Origin: Pseudomonadota bacterium
GTDB lineage: Bacteria; Bdellovibrionota; FAC87; UBA2466
Length of the DNA stretch: 57,007 nt
Assembly: GCA_043718025.1 (NCBI GenBank)
Contig: JAYSWN010000144.1
Coordinates: forward strand, 1-57,007
Reading direction: 5' to 3'
The first letter of the stretch is position 1, and each line of letters begins with the position of its first letter. Shown in pieces: positions 1 through 9,962 of this stretch. The notes under the pieces were generated by a model. It worked only from the letters and a program-made list of their open reading frames with translations. It made no database searches and was not told the origin of the DNA. The translations under genes were made by a program, and so were the position numbers.

Positions 1-100
1 ACCTTTGGCCTGCTTGGTTTTGTCGACGTCCCTCTTCACTCATAGTGAAAGGGTTGCTTCAGCCGCACTGCGTGCGCCTTCGGTAATGACGGCGAAATAC
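1..100 (-). repeat. Partial copy of a dispersed CGTC-type palindromic repeat (second copy at 46352..46457)
   Basis: The reverse complement of 1..100 aligns with 46352..46457. It is near-identical over 1..81, with a short indel near the CGTCATT end. It is cut by the window edge. Confidence 0.9.
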
Positions 101-128
101 AAGCGTCAACGCCTTGCGTCGACCGGGC

Positions 129-164
129 AAAAAAAAGCCCCGACCCTTTTGGGTCGAGGCTTTT
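129..164. terminator. Rho-independent, probably bidirectional, terminator downstream of ftsZ
   Basis: AAAAAAAAGCCCCGACCC-TTTT-GGGTCGAGGCTTTT hairpin with A/T tails, just past the ftsZ stop. Confidence 0.85.
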
Positions 165-182
165 GCTAATTAGAAAGTACGA

Positions 183-1385
183 TTAGTCCTGCGGGCGGCG
201 TAAGAAGGTAGGAATGTCGTACTCTTCGGTTTCGAAGAAACGTTTTCCAATTTCTCTCGCCATCTGACGGGCCACTTTAAGATCCTGTGAGCCGCCTTCC
301 GTTTTTTGCAGGGGGTTAGGCATCTGGTTGGCCGAAAGAGCGGCGGCATTCGCTTCCATCGCTGCGGGCTGCGGCTGCGGAGGCTGAATCACCGTATCTT
401 TTTTCGCCAAGGCTTCGGCCTGCACCACCGGATTAAAGCCGGTGGCGATTACCGTAACCCGCACTTCATCTTCCAACGTATCGTCGATAACCGAACCAAA
501 GATGATTTCGGCATCTTCGTGGGCCTCTTCGGTAATCAAAGACGAGGCTTCATTCACTTCAAACAAAGTGAGATCGGAGCCGCCGGTAATGTTGATGATG
601 ATGCCGGTGGCACCGTGAATGGCAATGTCTTCGAGCAATGGCGAAGAGATCGCTTTACGGGCCGCCTCGATGGCGCGGTTTTCACCGCTGGCCACTCCGG
701 TTCCCATTAGCGCCAACCCTTTGTTTGCCATGACCGTTCGCACGTCGGCAAAGTCGAGGTTGATAAGCCCCCGGATATTGATCAGGTCAGAGATGCCCTT
801 TACCGCTTGGTACAACACTTCGTCGGCTTTTTTGAAGCAGTCGAGCATCGTCGTGGTTTCGTTAGCCACGTAGAGCAGACGCTGATTGGGAATGCAGATC
901 AGCGTATCGACGGCCTCGCGAAGTTCGGCGATGCCTTTGTCTGCGTTCTTGCGGCGTTTTTTACCTTCGAAGTTGAAAGGCTTGGTGACCACCCCCACGG
1001 TGAGGGCGCCGGCTTCCTTGGCGATATTAGCGATTACCGGGGCGCCACCCGTTCCGGTTCCGCCACCCATTCCGGCGGTGATGAACACCATGTCGGCCCC
1101 GTATAGCGCTTCGGCGATGCGTGAGCAGTCTTCCAAAGCCGCTTTTTTGCCGACCTCAGGATTAGCTCCGGCTCCTAAGCCTTTGGTCAGCTCATTGCCG
1201 AGCTGAATCTTATGGGGTGCGGGATGAACAAACAGTGCTTGGTTATCGGTGTTGGCCGCGATGAAATCGACCCCGGTTAATCCCAGGTTAATCATCGTGG
1301 TTACCGCATTAGTGCCGCCACCACCTACACCAATGACCTTGATCTTGGCTCCCATTACCGACTGATTCTCTTCGATTTCGAACAT
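183..1385 (-). CDS. ftsZ: Cell division protein FtsZ
   Basis: [10 protein letters not shown], tubulin signature GGGTGTG, NLDFADV, C-terminal DIPTFLRR peptide. Confidence 0.99.
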   Translation of the reverse strand: MFEIEENQSVMGAKIKVIGVGGGGTNAVTTMINLGLTGVDFIAANTDNQALFVHPAPHKIQLGNELTKGLGAGANPEVGKKAALEDCSRIAEALYGADMVFITAGMGGGTGTGGAPVIANIAKEAGALTVGVVTKPFNFEGKKRRKNADKGIAELREAVDTLICIPNQRLLYVANETTTMLDCFKKADEVLYQAVKGISDLINIRGLINLDFADVRTVMANKGLALMGTGVASGENRAIEAARKAISSPLLEDIAIHGATGIIINITGGSDLTLFEVNEASSLITEEAHEDAEIIFGSVIDDTLEDEVRVTVIATGFNPVVQAEALAKKDTVIQPPQPQPAAMEANAAALSANQMPNPLQKTEGGSQDLKVARQMAREIGKRFFETEEYDIPTFLRRPQD

Positions 1386-1415
1386 CGGGCCCCCTTTTTC
1401 AAAAAAAAATTGTGA

Positions 1416-2660
1416 TTAAAATACTTCTTCGATCCAGTTGCGTACGCGCTTAAACACCTGCTCGAAATTTCTTTTCTCTGGAGCCGGAGTCACTTTGGAA
1501 CGAAGACCGTTTTTGAAGGCATACATTGCCATGCCCAAGGCCGTAGCCAGGGCGGGATGGGTCACGCCTTCAGACAGCCCGCCCACATTGACAGGGCTGC
1601 CTTTGCGGGTGGGGATTTCTAAAATGTATTCCGAAAACTCGGCGAAACCTTTCAGTAGGCTGCCACCGCCGGTCAAAACCACTCCGGTGGAGAGGTTGGC
1701 GCGGTAGCCGCTGTGATCAATTTCTTGGGCGACGAGATTGAGCAGCTCTTCGACCCGCGCTTCGATAATGTTGACCAGATCCTTTTTGGCCACTTCGCGG
1801 TGTTTGCCGCCGAGCAGCGGAATTTGTAATTTCACATGTTCGTCGCCAACTTCGGGAGTGGTAGCGCCGTGCTCTATTTTGATGGCTTCGGCATCTTGAA
1901 TGGTGGTGCGTAGGCCGACCGCAATGTCGTTAGTGATGTGCGAGCTGCCCATTTGCAAAGTTACGGTGTGAACCACGGTGCCGCGTTGAAAAATAGCGAG
2001 ATGGGTTGCCGTGCCACCGATGTCGATAAGGGCCACGCCCAGCTCTTTTTCATCGACGGTCAAAACGGCCTCGGCGGTGGCCAAGCCATCGAGCACGTAG
2101 CCGTCTAGTTTCAGTCCAGAAAGCTCTACGCACTTGGCCATGTTTTGCAAATTGGTTTGTGACGCGGTGACGATGTGTACCCGCGCCTCTAGCCGAACCC
2201 CGGCCATGCCCACCGGATCTCTTACGCCTTCTTGGTCATTCACGATAAATTCTTGGCTTAAGATATGGACCCGTTCGCGATCGGGCGGAAAGGCGATGGC
2301 ACTCGCCGCGTCTAAGGCGCGCTCTACGTCTGAAGCGCTGACTTCGTTGCCTTTTATCGCCACAACCCCGGTGCTGTTAAAACCTTTGATGTGTTGGCCG
2401 GCGATGGATATGGCGGCGTGAGTGATGGGGAAGCCCGCCATCAGTTCGGCGGTGGCAACGGCCTTCTTAATGGCGTCGACGGTAGCCGGAATGTTGGTAA
2501 TGGCCCCTTTTCGCAATCCCGCGAAAGGAATTTGGGCCACGCCCAAAATCTCTAACTGCTCTTTGCCTTTGGCGGCAACGAGACTGATTTTAGTCGTACC
2601 TAAATCGAGTCCTACAAAGAGCTCTTTAGGTTTGTCTGAAATTTTCTTAGGGCTCGACAT
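1416..2660 (-). CDS. ftsA: Cell division protein FtsA
   Basis: GLDLGTTK, IDIGG and VLTGGG actin-like motifs, C-terminal amphipathic helix, position upstream of ftsZ. Confidence 0.98.
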   Translation of the reverse strand: MSSPKKISDKPKELFVGLDLGTTKISLVAAKGKEQLEILGVAQIPFAGLRKGAITNIPATVDAIKKAVATAELMAGFPITHAAISIAGQHIKGFNSTGVVAIKGNEVSASDVERALDAASAIAFPPDRERVHILSQEFIVNDQEGVRDPVGMAGVRLEARVHIVTASQTNLQNMAKCVELSGLKLDGYVLDGLATAEAVLTVDEKELGVALIDIGGTATHLAIFQRGTVVHTVTLQMGSSHITNDIAVGLRTTIQDAEAIKIEHGATTPEVGDEHVKLQIPLLGGKHREVAKKDLVNIIEARVEELLNLVAQEIDHSGYRANLSTGVVLTGGGSLLKGFAEFSEYILEIPTRKGSPVNVGGLSEGVTHPALATALGMAMYAFKNGLRSKVTPAPEKRNFEQVFKRVRNWIEEVF

Positions 2661-2829
2661 GGTTGCGACCCGTCCTTTTTGTGTTGCGCAAAGGCGTGAG
2701 GTCGCAAATTCCTGTTAACTACCAACGGGGACCGACCTGGGAGTTTTTTTGGGTCCCACCCTTAACGCGAAGCACTTAGAGTTAAACTGCTAGAAAAAGC
2801 TAATACGAATAGTACCGGACGCCCTAAAT

Positions 2830-3597
2830 TTATTTGTTTTCATGCGTGGTGACAATCGTTTTTTTTGGAAAAACCAGATTGATCTTCTTGGGTTGGGCCG
2901 CGAGGAGGGGGGGATGACGCAGTAGCAAAACTAAATAGGGCAGTTGTGTCGACCAGGTGGTGAAATCAAAAGCCACTTCTATGGGCACCGGCGTCAAAAA
3001 AATACGGAAGTACGGGAAGCGTTCTAAATTTAATTCGGAAACTAAAAAATCTGGCTCAAGCGATCGTTGAATGCGGTGTACTGCTTCGAGCACCTGCGCC
3101 CTCGACCATTGGTTAGACACCCCGGGCTCTTGGGTGACGATGGGCAAACGTAAATTTGAAAGCGGGCGCTTATCCATTCGTTCGATCAAAATGCCACGGG
3201 CGTCGACGTAGAAAGGGTACCCATCTTGAATCCAGAGTGCCGAAACTGCGCGTGGCGTGGTTTTGACGAACAGGCGATTGGGAAACTCTTTTTTTACCGT
3301 GGCCTGGTCTACCCACACCAAACTTTTTAAACGAAGCATCAACGATTCAGCGTCGATGGTGATGAGACTGGTTTTGAGACCTAGGGGAATGGAGCTTCTG
3401 ATCTCGGCTTCGGTGAGCGGACTCTCCGTCTCAACGACAATCTCCTTAACGTGAAACCACGGAATGCGTTCAATCCACGCTAGGATCGGTAAAGAAAGCA
3501 CCAGTGCGCCGAGGGTGGCGATGAGAACAAAGCGGGCAATCCATTTCTTTAACTTTGGTCTGGGCAGGGTCTGAGTTTGGGCGTAACCATTTCTCAT
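2830..3597 (-). CDS. ftsQ: FtsQ/DivIB family cell division protein
   Basis: One N-terminal TM followed by a POTRA-like region (WVDQATVKKEFPNRL); lies upstream of ftsA. Confidence 0.85.
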   Translation of the reverse strand: MRNGYAQTQTLPRPKLKKWIARFVLIATLGALVLSLPILAWIERIPWFHVKEIVVETESPLTEAEIRSSIPLGLKTSLITIDAESLMLRLKSLVWVDQATVKKEFPNRLFVKTTPRAVSALWIQDGYPFYVDARGILIERMDKRPLSNLRLPIVTQEPGVSNQWSRAQVLEAVHRIQRSLEPDFLVSELNLERFPYFRIFLTPVPIEVAFDFTTWSTQLPYLVLLLRHPPLLAAQPKKINLVFPKKTIVTTHENK

Positions 3598-4619
3598 GAT
3601 GCGATTGATTCAAGGGTTTCTTTACGTGCGGCCGAAGCGGCGAATAGAAAAGCCAGTCGATCGGCCTTTTGCGCGGTTGTATAGTTGAGCCCCAAATGGA
3701 TCCGCAGGGCTTGGGCGAGGCCGGTCTTCATTTCGCGGCTGGCTTCCATACGCAGGATCAGTTCACCCATGACCTTGGTGTCATGCGGGGGAACGATGAA
3801 ACCCGTTTTGCCTTCGATTATAAAATCTTCGATGCCGGGAAGCTCGTTAGCGATTACCGGCAAACCAAAATTGGCGGCGTAGAGCAATGGGCCGAAGTGA
3901 TCGTTACGAACGGGTATGTACAAAAAGAGGTCGAGTCCCTGAATTTCGGCGATGTTGGTAGTTTCGCGAACGGTTACGTTCTTCTCCAAATTCAATCCGC
4001 CAATCATTGCCTTTAAGTGGCGGGCTAAGGGGCCGTACCCCATCAATGAGAATTCAATATTTGGATTTTGTTGGGTCACGTAATGGGCCACGGTGACGGC
4101 GTGGTGCAGATTTTCAGCGGCGGTAAACCGCGAAAACATTCCCACTTTGAACTTAGGCCGAATCAGCGGGCTGGTGGTCAATGCCAGTTCGGGCTCGCTC
4201 TGAAAAAAGGGTAGGGGCGAAAAGTGAAGCTGCGATTTGGTGATCCCCTGCATTTCGCCTAAGAACCGAAACGTGAACGGGCTTAAGCACAAAAAGTGCT
4301 GATGGCGCTGGGGCGTTTCCCACTTTTGCCACAACAGTGCATGCCAAGAGCCTTCTTGCGGGGAAGCTTCAATGACCGTAATCAGCACCGGCACGTCGGC
4401 AGGCCAGTCGCGGGTTTGGCGCACGGCTTGTTTCCAGCTGCGCGAAATAAACCAGACGGGCGAAGGCGTGTGTTTTAGATGGCTTGCGGTATCGATAAAT
4501 TCAGCTTCTTCTATTGCAAACTGAAGTCGTAGCGCGTTAACCGTGCCCCGAAAGAGCTCTCGCTCCCACGGTAGCAGGTCATTGCTGAGGATGACTTTCA
4601 AAGAGGGGAAGGCGGACAT
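3594..4619 (-). CDS. GT-B (family 4-like) glycosyltransferase, divergent
   Basis: C-terminal GT1-type segment GLPVIANELPGIEDFIIEGKTGFIVPP; the usual E-x7-E motif is degenerate. Confidence 0.7.
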   Translation of the reverse strand: MSAFPSLKVILSNDLLPWERELFRGTVNALRLQFAIEEAEFIDTASHLKHTPSPVWFISRSWKQAVRQTRDWPADVPVLITVIEASPQEGSWHALLWQKWETPQRHQHFLCLSPFTFRFLGEMQGITKSQLHFSPLPFFQSEPELALTTSPLIRPKFKVGMFSRFTAAENLHHAVTVAHYVTQQNPNIEFSLMGYGPLARHLKAMIGGLNLEKNVTVRETTNIAEIQGLDLFLYIPVRNDHFGPLLYAANFGLPVIANELPGIEDFIIEGKTGFIVPPHDTKVMGELILRMEASREMKTGLAQALRIHLGLNYTTAQKADRLAFLFAASAARKETLESIAS

Positions 4620-4778
4620 GTCTGAAGAATTATACCGCAGACGGGAGCATGCGCCTGCGTCTTTTGATCGCGGCTATTTAAGGCAGAGGCGAAGAGGGCG
4701 CAGACTTGCGCACGGCCTTGCTCTTTGCCTCTTGCCCCGCATCCGCGCTTTCAAAGACGTTTTTAGGGGCGTCCGGGA

Positions 4779-5873
4779 TTAGCCATTATCGTTAATGAAG
4801 TCGATCAATCGGCGAAGGGTGCCAATGTCCTTGCGATCGAACGGAAGTACCAAACGCGGCAACCCTTGAATGTCCGGTTCGTTCATCTCTTCCGGCAGCG
4901 CCGCCGAAAGCTTGATCTCTTCGCCTTGCGCCAGCGCCGCAAAGTTTTTATTGATGCCGGCCATCACTTCCCGAGTCAGCGGTTTCTTTAAGCGCAATAC
5001 TGACAGGTGACGGACGAATCGCATCGAATGAAAAATTTTATAAAAGTGTTCGATGTGATCAATGGCCTCTTTGGGCGTGTTGATGATCTTCATCAGATGA
5101 AAATCACTCTCGGCAATGAAGCCCTTAGTGACTACCGCCGTTTTCAAAAACTTTACCCACTCCGTCCAAAAATTAAACCCGGCGGGCTCAACCAGCACGA
5201 TGGGAATAATGTTGGTTTTGCAGGTTTGCAAAAGAGTGAGCACTTCAAACGCTTCGTCAAAAGTGCCAAAACCCCCTGGAAAAAACGCGAAGGCATTGGC
5301 TTCTTTCACCAAGAAAAGCTTGCGGGTGAAGAAATACTTATAGTTGATAAGCCGCGCTTTGGCGTCGATGAACGGGTTGGGCATCTGTTCGAAAGGAAGG
5401 CGAATGTTCAAACCAAAGCCACCCTGGTTCTCGGCCCCTTCATTTCCCGCCGCCATAATTCCCGGGCCGCCGCCCGTGATGATCATGAACTTGCGCTTCA
5501 CCCCCTCGGCGGCAAAATTCTTGGCGAGGTTATAAACTTCGGTGCCGACCGGAACTCTGGCCGATCCAAACATGGTGATCTTAGGCTGACTGCGGTGCGG
5601 GCTAAAAGTTTTGAATGAGTAACGCAGCTCACGCAAGGTGGTGGCGGCGATCTTTAAATTTAGGGTTCCCGGGGCCTCTTTAGCGAGCTTGATCGCCGAT
5701 TTAAAAATATCGGCCAGTAAGCCAACCTGACTGGGCTTTTGGCTGCTGCTGGCCACCTGGTGAATCATCTTTTCAATGTCTTCCCAGCTCGTGGTTTTCT
5801 CTGCCGCCGCGTCGATACCGCTTTCGGTAAATTCTGAGGGGTCAATGGCCTGGGTTTCATCTTTTTGTTTCAA
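4779..5873 (-). CDS. LOG family (TIGR00730-like) nucleotide phosphoribohydrolase, long form
   Basis: FGSAR, TGGGPGIM, YFFTRK and PGGFGTFDE motifs. Confidence 0.92.
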   Translation of the reverse strand: MKQKDETQAIDPSEFTESGIDAAAEKTTSWEDIEKMIHQVASSSQKPSQVGLLADIFKSAIKLAKEAPGTLNLKIAATTLRELRYSFKTFSPHRSQPKITMFGSARVPVGTEVYNLAKNFAAEGVKRKFMIITGGGPGIMAAGNEGAENQGGFGLNIRLPFEQMPNPFIDAKARLINYKYFFTRKLFLVKEANAFAFFPGGFGTFDEAFEVLTLLQTCKTNIIPIVLVEPAGFNFWTEWVKFLKTAVVTKGFIAESDFHLMKIINTPKEAIDHIEHFYKIFHSMRFVRHLSVLRLKKPLTREVMAGINKNFAALAQGEEIKLSAALPEEMNEPDIQGLPRLVLPFDRKDIGTLRRLIDFINDNG

Positions 5874-5908
5874 TTGCCTGCCTACTTTCTTTCCGCAATA
5901 ATCTTTTC

Positions 5909-7144
5909 GTGGCCACTACAAATAAAAATACATCTCAACGTTGGTACTGGACTGCGGTCACGAGTGCCTTGGTCGGCATCCTACTCAGTCTCTACCTCTT
6001 GGTGCAACATACTCGACTAAAGGCTGGAATCCAAGGCGGGCCAAGCCTCTGCAGCATTGGTGGCCCATTTAATTGTGAGGCAATCGACTCCAGCGCCTAC
6101 TCCGAGATTTTAGGCATTCCCCTGGCCGGAATCGGCGCCGTATTTTTTGCCTTTTGCGTCTTCGTTTTATTAACGGCCGCGCCTTCGCGGCGGCGGCTTG
6201 GCTTATTGACGGCGCTTTTGGTGGGGGCCTCCCTGTTTACGGCCCTGGCCGATCTGTTTTTAATGGGTATTCAGGTGTTCGTAATTAGCAAATACTGCCT
6301 GTTTTGCCTGCTCACTTACGTGGCGAATGGCCTAATTTTGGTAGGATCGGTGCAAACTTTCATCCCCGAAGGGCGATTTGGCCTGGCCAAGCTTAAACAG
6401 GCCCTACGGGTTACGGGCGAAGGCACGTCATTTTCGGCTCCAACCTTGCTGATCGTGGGGGTGGGGGTCTTGGGCGCGATGACCCTGGTGGCCTTGGTTC
6501 CTTCATTTGTTCGCACCGACGCCCCGGCCAATCTAAAGATGGAAGATGCCATGACCCAGTTTTTTGAGGGGTGGAAAAAGCAATCGATTAAGCAGATCGA
6601 CATCAAAGAAGGGGATGGCACTTTAGGTAATGCTTCATCGCGCGTGCGCATCGTGGTGTTTAGCGATTTTGAATGCCCCCATTGTCGAAAAACGGCGTTC
6701 ACCATGAATTCGGCGCTGCACTCGCTAAAAGACCGGGTTTATATGGTGTTCAAGCATTTTCCCTTAGACTCTGCCTGTAACTCGTTGTTGCAGTACAAGT
6801 TGCACGCTCACGCGTGTGAATTGGCCAACCTTGGCTACTGCGCTAAGCGGAAGGGGAAGTTTTGGGAGTTTCACGATCGCGTATTTTTCAACATGGATGA
6901 GGAAGACATCAAAAAAGGGTCCGACTTCATCAAGGGTCAGTTAAAGGATCTGTTTACCGCCAAAGAGTACGATGCCTGTCAGAAAGACGCGGCGGCAAAA
7001 AAGAATACTGAATTAGATCTAAAACTGGGAAGTGATCTGGGCGTGCGTGGTACCCCCACCGTGTACATCAATGGTAAGCACGTTACCATTCCACTCACGG
7101 TCGAAAATCTTCAAAAATTGGTGGAAATCGAATCCGCTCTTTAA
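5909..7144 (+). CDS. VKOR-family disulfide formation protein fused to a DsbA/thioredoxin domain
   Basis: VKOR loop cysteines (C-SIGGPFN-C) and CLFC in the TM region; C-terminal FSDFECPHC, KHFPL and GVRGTP. Confidence 0.92.
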   Translation: MATTNKNTSQRWYWTAVTSALVGILLSLYLLVQHTRLKAGIQGGPSLCSIGGPFNCEAIDSSAYSEILGIPLAGIGAVFFAFCVFVLLTAAPSRRRLGLLTALLVGASLFTALADLFLMGIQVFVISKYCLFCLLTYVANGLILVGSVQTFIPEGRFGLAKLKQALRVTGEGTSFSAPTLLIVGVGVLGAMTLVALVPSFVRTDAPANLKMEDAMTQFFEGWKKQSIKQIDIKEGDGTLGNASSRVRIVVFSDFECPHCRKTAFTMNSALHSLKDRVYMVFKHFPLDSACNSLLQYKLHAHACELANLGYCAKRKGKFWEFHDRVFFNMDEEDIKKGSDFIKGQLKDLFTAKEYDACQKDAAAKKNTELDLKLGSDLGVRGTPTVYINGKHVTIPLTVENLQKLVEIESAL

Positions 7145-7170
7145 AGTGAGCGCGGTGGTAGAATTCTCTA

Positions 7171-8187
7171 GTGCTTTTAGACGTGAAAAACCTAAGTGTT
7201 GATTTTCAAACCTCCGAGGGCACGCTTTCGGCGGTTTGTGCCGTGTCCTTTCATATCGACCAGTGCGAAACACTGGCGGTGGTTGGTGAGTCGGGCTGCG
7301 GAAAGAGTGTGCTGGCGTTAAGTTTATGCCGTCTGACGGCGGAGCCTCCCGCTACGGTATCGGGCGACGGGGTGTTTCTTGAGGGTGAAAACCTGCTCAC
7401 CCTCCCACCTGAAAAATTGCGCCATGTGCGCGGAAAAAAGATCGCTTACGTGTTTCAAGATCCGCAAGTTTCGTTAAACCCGGTAATGACCATTGGCGAT
7501 CAGATTACTGAAGCGTTGTTCAATCACGACCCGGCCCTAACCAAAGTGGTGGCGCGTGATCTCGCGATTGCGGGCCTTCGGCAAGTGAAGATTGCCGAGC
7601 CCGAGAAGCGGCTTAGCGAGTACCCACACCAGTTAAGTGGAGGCATGCGCCAGCGGGTGCTGCTGGCCATGGCGATCGTGCTTCGTCCGGCGTTGTTGAT
7701 TGCCGACGAACCAACCACCGCGCTCGATGTTTCGGTGCAGCGACAAATTTTGGACCTTATCGACGAGAGAAAACGCGACGGCAAGATGGCGGTCTTATTC
7801 ATTACCCATGACTTAAGTCTGGTGAGCGAGCGGGCCGATCGCATTATGGTGATGTACCTGGGTCGGGTGGTTGAAACCGGCAAGGCCGCCGATGTGCTCA
7901 ACCGGCCCAATCACCCTTACACGCAGGCGCTTATCAAATCGATCCCCTCGTTTTTGTCGGCCGACGCCAAGGCGAATGGTTTTTTTTCGCTGCCCGGAGA
8001 AATCCCCAATCCGATGGCGCGGCCTCAGGGCTGCGCGTTTCAAAATCGCTGCGCCTATTCTGTGGATCGTTGTCGTCAAGAAGAGCCGCCATTGGTCGAG
8101 GTCACCCCCCAGCGTTTCGCCCGCTGTTTCGAAGTAGACCGGGTCATCTCCGGGCAAAAAAATGCGTTAACCACGGCTCCAACCTAG
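7171..8187 (+). CDS. oppD: Oligopeptide/dipeptide ABC transporter ATP-binding subunit (OppD/DppD)
   Basis: GESGCGKS, LSGGMRQR, DEPTTALD, HPYT and C-terminal Cys cluster. Confidence 0.93.
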   Translation: MLLDVKNLSVDFQTSEGTLSAVCAVSFHIDQCETLAVVGESGCGKSVLALSLCRLTAEPPATVSGDGVFLEGENLLTLPPEKLRHVRGKKIAYVFQDPQVSLNPVMTIGDQITEALFNHDPALTKVVARDLAIAGLRQVKIAEPEKRLSEYPHQLSGGMRQRVLLAMAIVLRPALLIADEPTTALDVSVQRQILDLIDERKRDGKMAVLFITHDLSLVSERADRIMVMYLGRVVETGKAADVLNRPNHPYTQALIKSIPSFLSADAKANGFFSLPGEIPNPMARPQGCAFQNRCAYSVDRCRQEEPPLVEVTPQRFARCFEVDRVISGQKNALTTAPT

Positions 8188-9872
8188 TGCGGTTTAGAAT
8201 TAGATTTTTCGGCGGCTTGGAGATAGCTCAGCAGACTGCGGGGCAGCTCCCAACCAGGCGCCAGCTTCGCCGATCGGATCGCCTCCGCCTGCGCTTCAGG
8301 AAAACGTCCCAGTTTCGCCAGCGTTCGCCCCAGTTCGAAGGCGATTACGGCGGAGGTGGGCTGTAAGGCCGCGGCCCGCGTCAGCGCTTGGTAAGCGTTC
8401 TCAAAATTGCCCAACTTAAAATGGGTGGTTCCGGCCTTCGAATACTCCTTAGCTAGCGGGTGAAGCCCCAGGGCTTTTTCATAAAGCGCAAGGGCGCTCT
8501 GGAGATCCTGCCGGCCGACGAACTCGTCTCCTAGTCCATCGAGAGCCAACCAGCTGGCGGGATTAATTTCGAGAACGTGCAAGAAGAGCGCAGCGTTACT
8601 TCTCCAGAATCGTTCCTGCCGGCCGCTCAATCCAAAGAGCAAAAGGAAACCTAGAATCAGCGCTAACCCAACCCCGCGTCGTGATCCGAAGCGGCTAACG
8701 ATCCAGGCGAGCCAAAGCGCCGGGCCGACGAGAGAAAGAAAAAGGTAATGGTCCGCGATCGTCGAATAGAGGATCATGTCGTGTGGTCTTATGCCGGATA
8801 CCGGTAACAGGTTTGAGACAAAAAGCACGACGCCGACGAGTAGCCAAGGATTGCCTCGCCGTCGGTAGTCCCATACCAACGCGGCAGCAGCGGCAAGCCA
8901 CAGAAAAAGGGTGGGGTAAAGCCACGCCGACTTTAATACGGCTTCGGGCCGGACGCCGTAATCCACCGTGAGATTGACCGGTAAAAAGAGAATCGCCAAG
9001 TAACGCCTTAGTGAATCCAAACCAATCAAGCCGCGCTCCCACTGCGTCGCCGAAATTAAGGAGCTGGGTGCGGGATGGACCAAGAGGGCAATCACTACAA
9101 AAATCGCCGAGAGGACGCACCATGGCGTCAATTCCCGTAGCAGCTTGCGCGGCGGTCGCTTAAGGATGAAATACCCGATCGTAGCGAGCCAAATGGGCAG
9201 AATAACGCTAATCCCCTTCGCGAACAGGGCGAGGGCGAAGCAGACAAAACCGAGCAGGTAGAAGAAGCTTGCTCGCTTGTGGTTCGATCTCGACCCCTCT
9301 TTCGCATCGTTCTCGCAGTAGAGCAGATAAAAATGAATGGCGGCGAGAAAGAAAAAACCGCTCAGCACCCCTTTGAGGCAAGTTACCCAGGCTACCGACT
9401 CGACCTGGGCGGGATGAAGGGCGAAAAGCAGGGCGCCGGCGAAGGCACCCCAATCATGACGCGTCAGGCGCTTCAAGATGGCATAGACGAAAACGACCGA
9501 ACCCACAAAAAAGACGAGATTGACCGCATGAAAGGGCAAGGGGCTCATTTCCCAAGTTGCTCCGGGCTGCGCGCCGGTAAAGGAGAGCGGAACCAGAAGT
9601 CCCCACACCGTGTAAGTAAGCGGCGCGTATAAATGCATGTAAGGTTCACGCCAAAAATGGAGAAGTTTTGAAAGCGTGGGCGGAAGAAACCAGGGGTTCT
9701 GATGAACAAACGAACCATCGTCAAAGTTGATAAACGGAAAACCTACTACCGGAAGGTAAAGCAAGATCGAGATCAAGCCGAGTGTGGCGGGGAAAAACCA
9801 CGGATGTTTTTTCAACCGTAGCAGCCGTTCCCTAAACGATGACGCGGGTTCTGACGAAGGCAATGTATCCAT
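8184..9872 (-). CDS. TMTC-like GT-C membrane glycosyltransferase with C-terminal TPRs
   Basis: FINFDD, LFALHPAQVESVAW, ADHYLF, W-x-S-x-x-LF and TPR repeats; start placed at ATG 9872. Confidence 0.85.
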   Translation of the reverse strand: MDTLPSSEPASSFRERLLRLKKHPWFFPATLGLISILLYLPVVGFPFINFDDGSFVHQNPWFLPPTLSKLLHFWREPYMHLYAPLTYTVWGLLVPLSFTGAQPGATWEMSPLPFHAVNLVFFVGSVVFVYAILKRLTRHDWGAFAGALLFALHPAQVESVAWVTCLKGVLSGFFFLAAIHFYLLYCENDAKEGSRSNHKRASFFYLLGFVCFALALFAKGISVILPIWLATIGYFILKRPPRKLLRELTPWCVLSAIFVVIALLVHPAPSSLISATQWERGLIGLDSLRRYLAILFLPVNLTVDYGVRPEAVLKSAWLYPTLFLWLAAAAALVWDYRRRGNPWLLVGVVLFVSNLLPVSGIRPHDMILYSTIADHYLFLSLVGPALWLAWIVSRFGSRRGVGLALILGFLLLFGLSGRQERFWRSNAALFLHVLEINPASWLALDGLGDEFVGRQDLQSALALYEKALGLHPLAKEYSKAGTTHFKLGNFENAYQALTRAAALQPTSAVIAFELGRTLAKLGRFPEAQAEAIRSAKLAPGWELPRSLLSYLQAAEKSNSKPH

Positions 9873-9962
9873 GGTAAATGAATGAAGAAGAGCGTTAGAA
9901 TATTGCTGAAAGGCTAATACTAGCATTTAGCTATTCAGCAGGGGAATAGGGCGGGAAAACAT

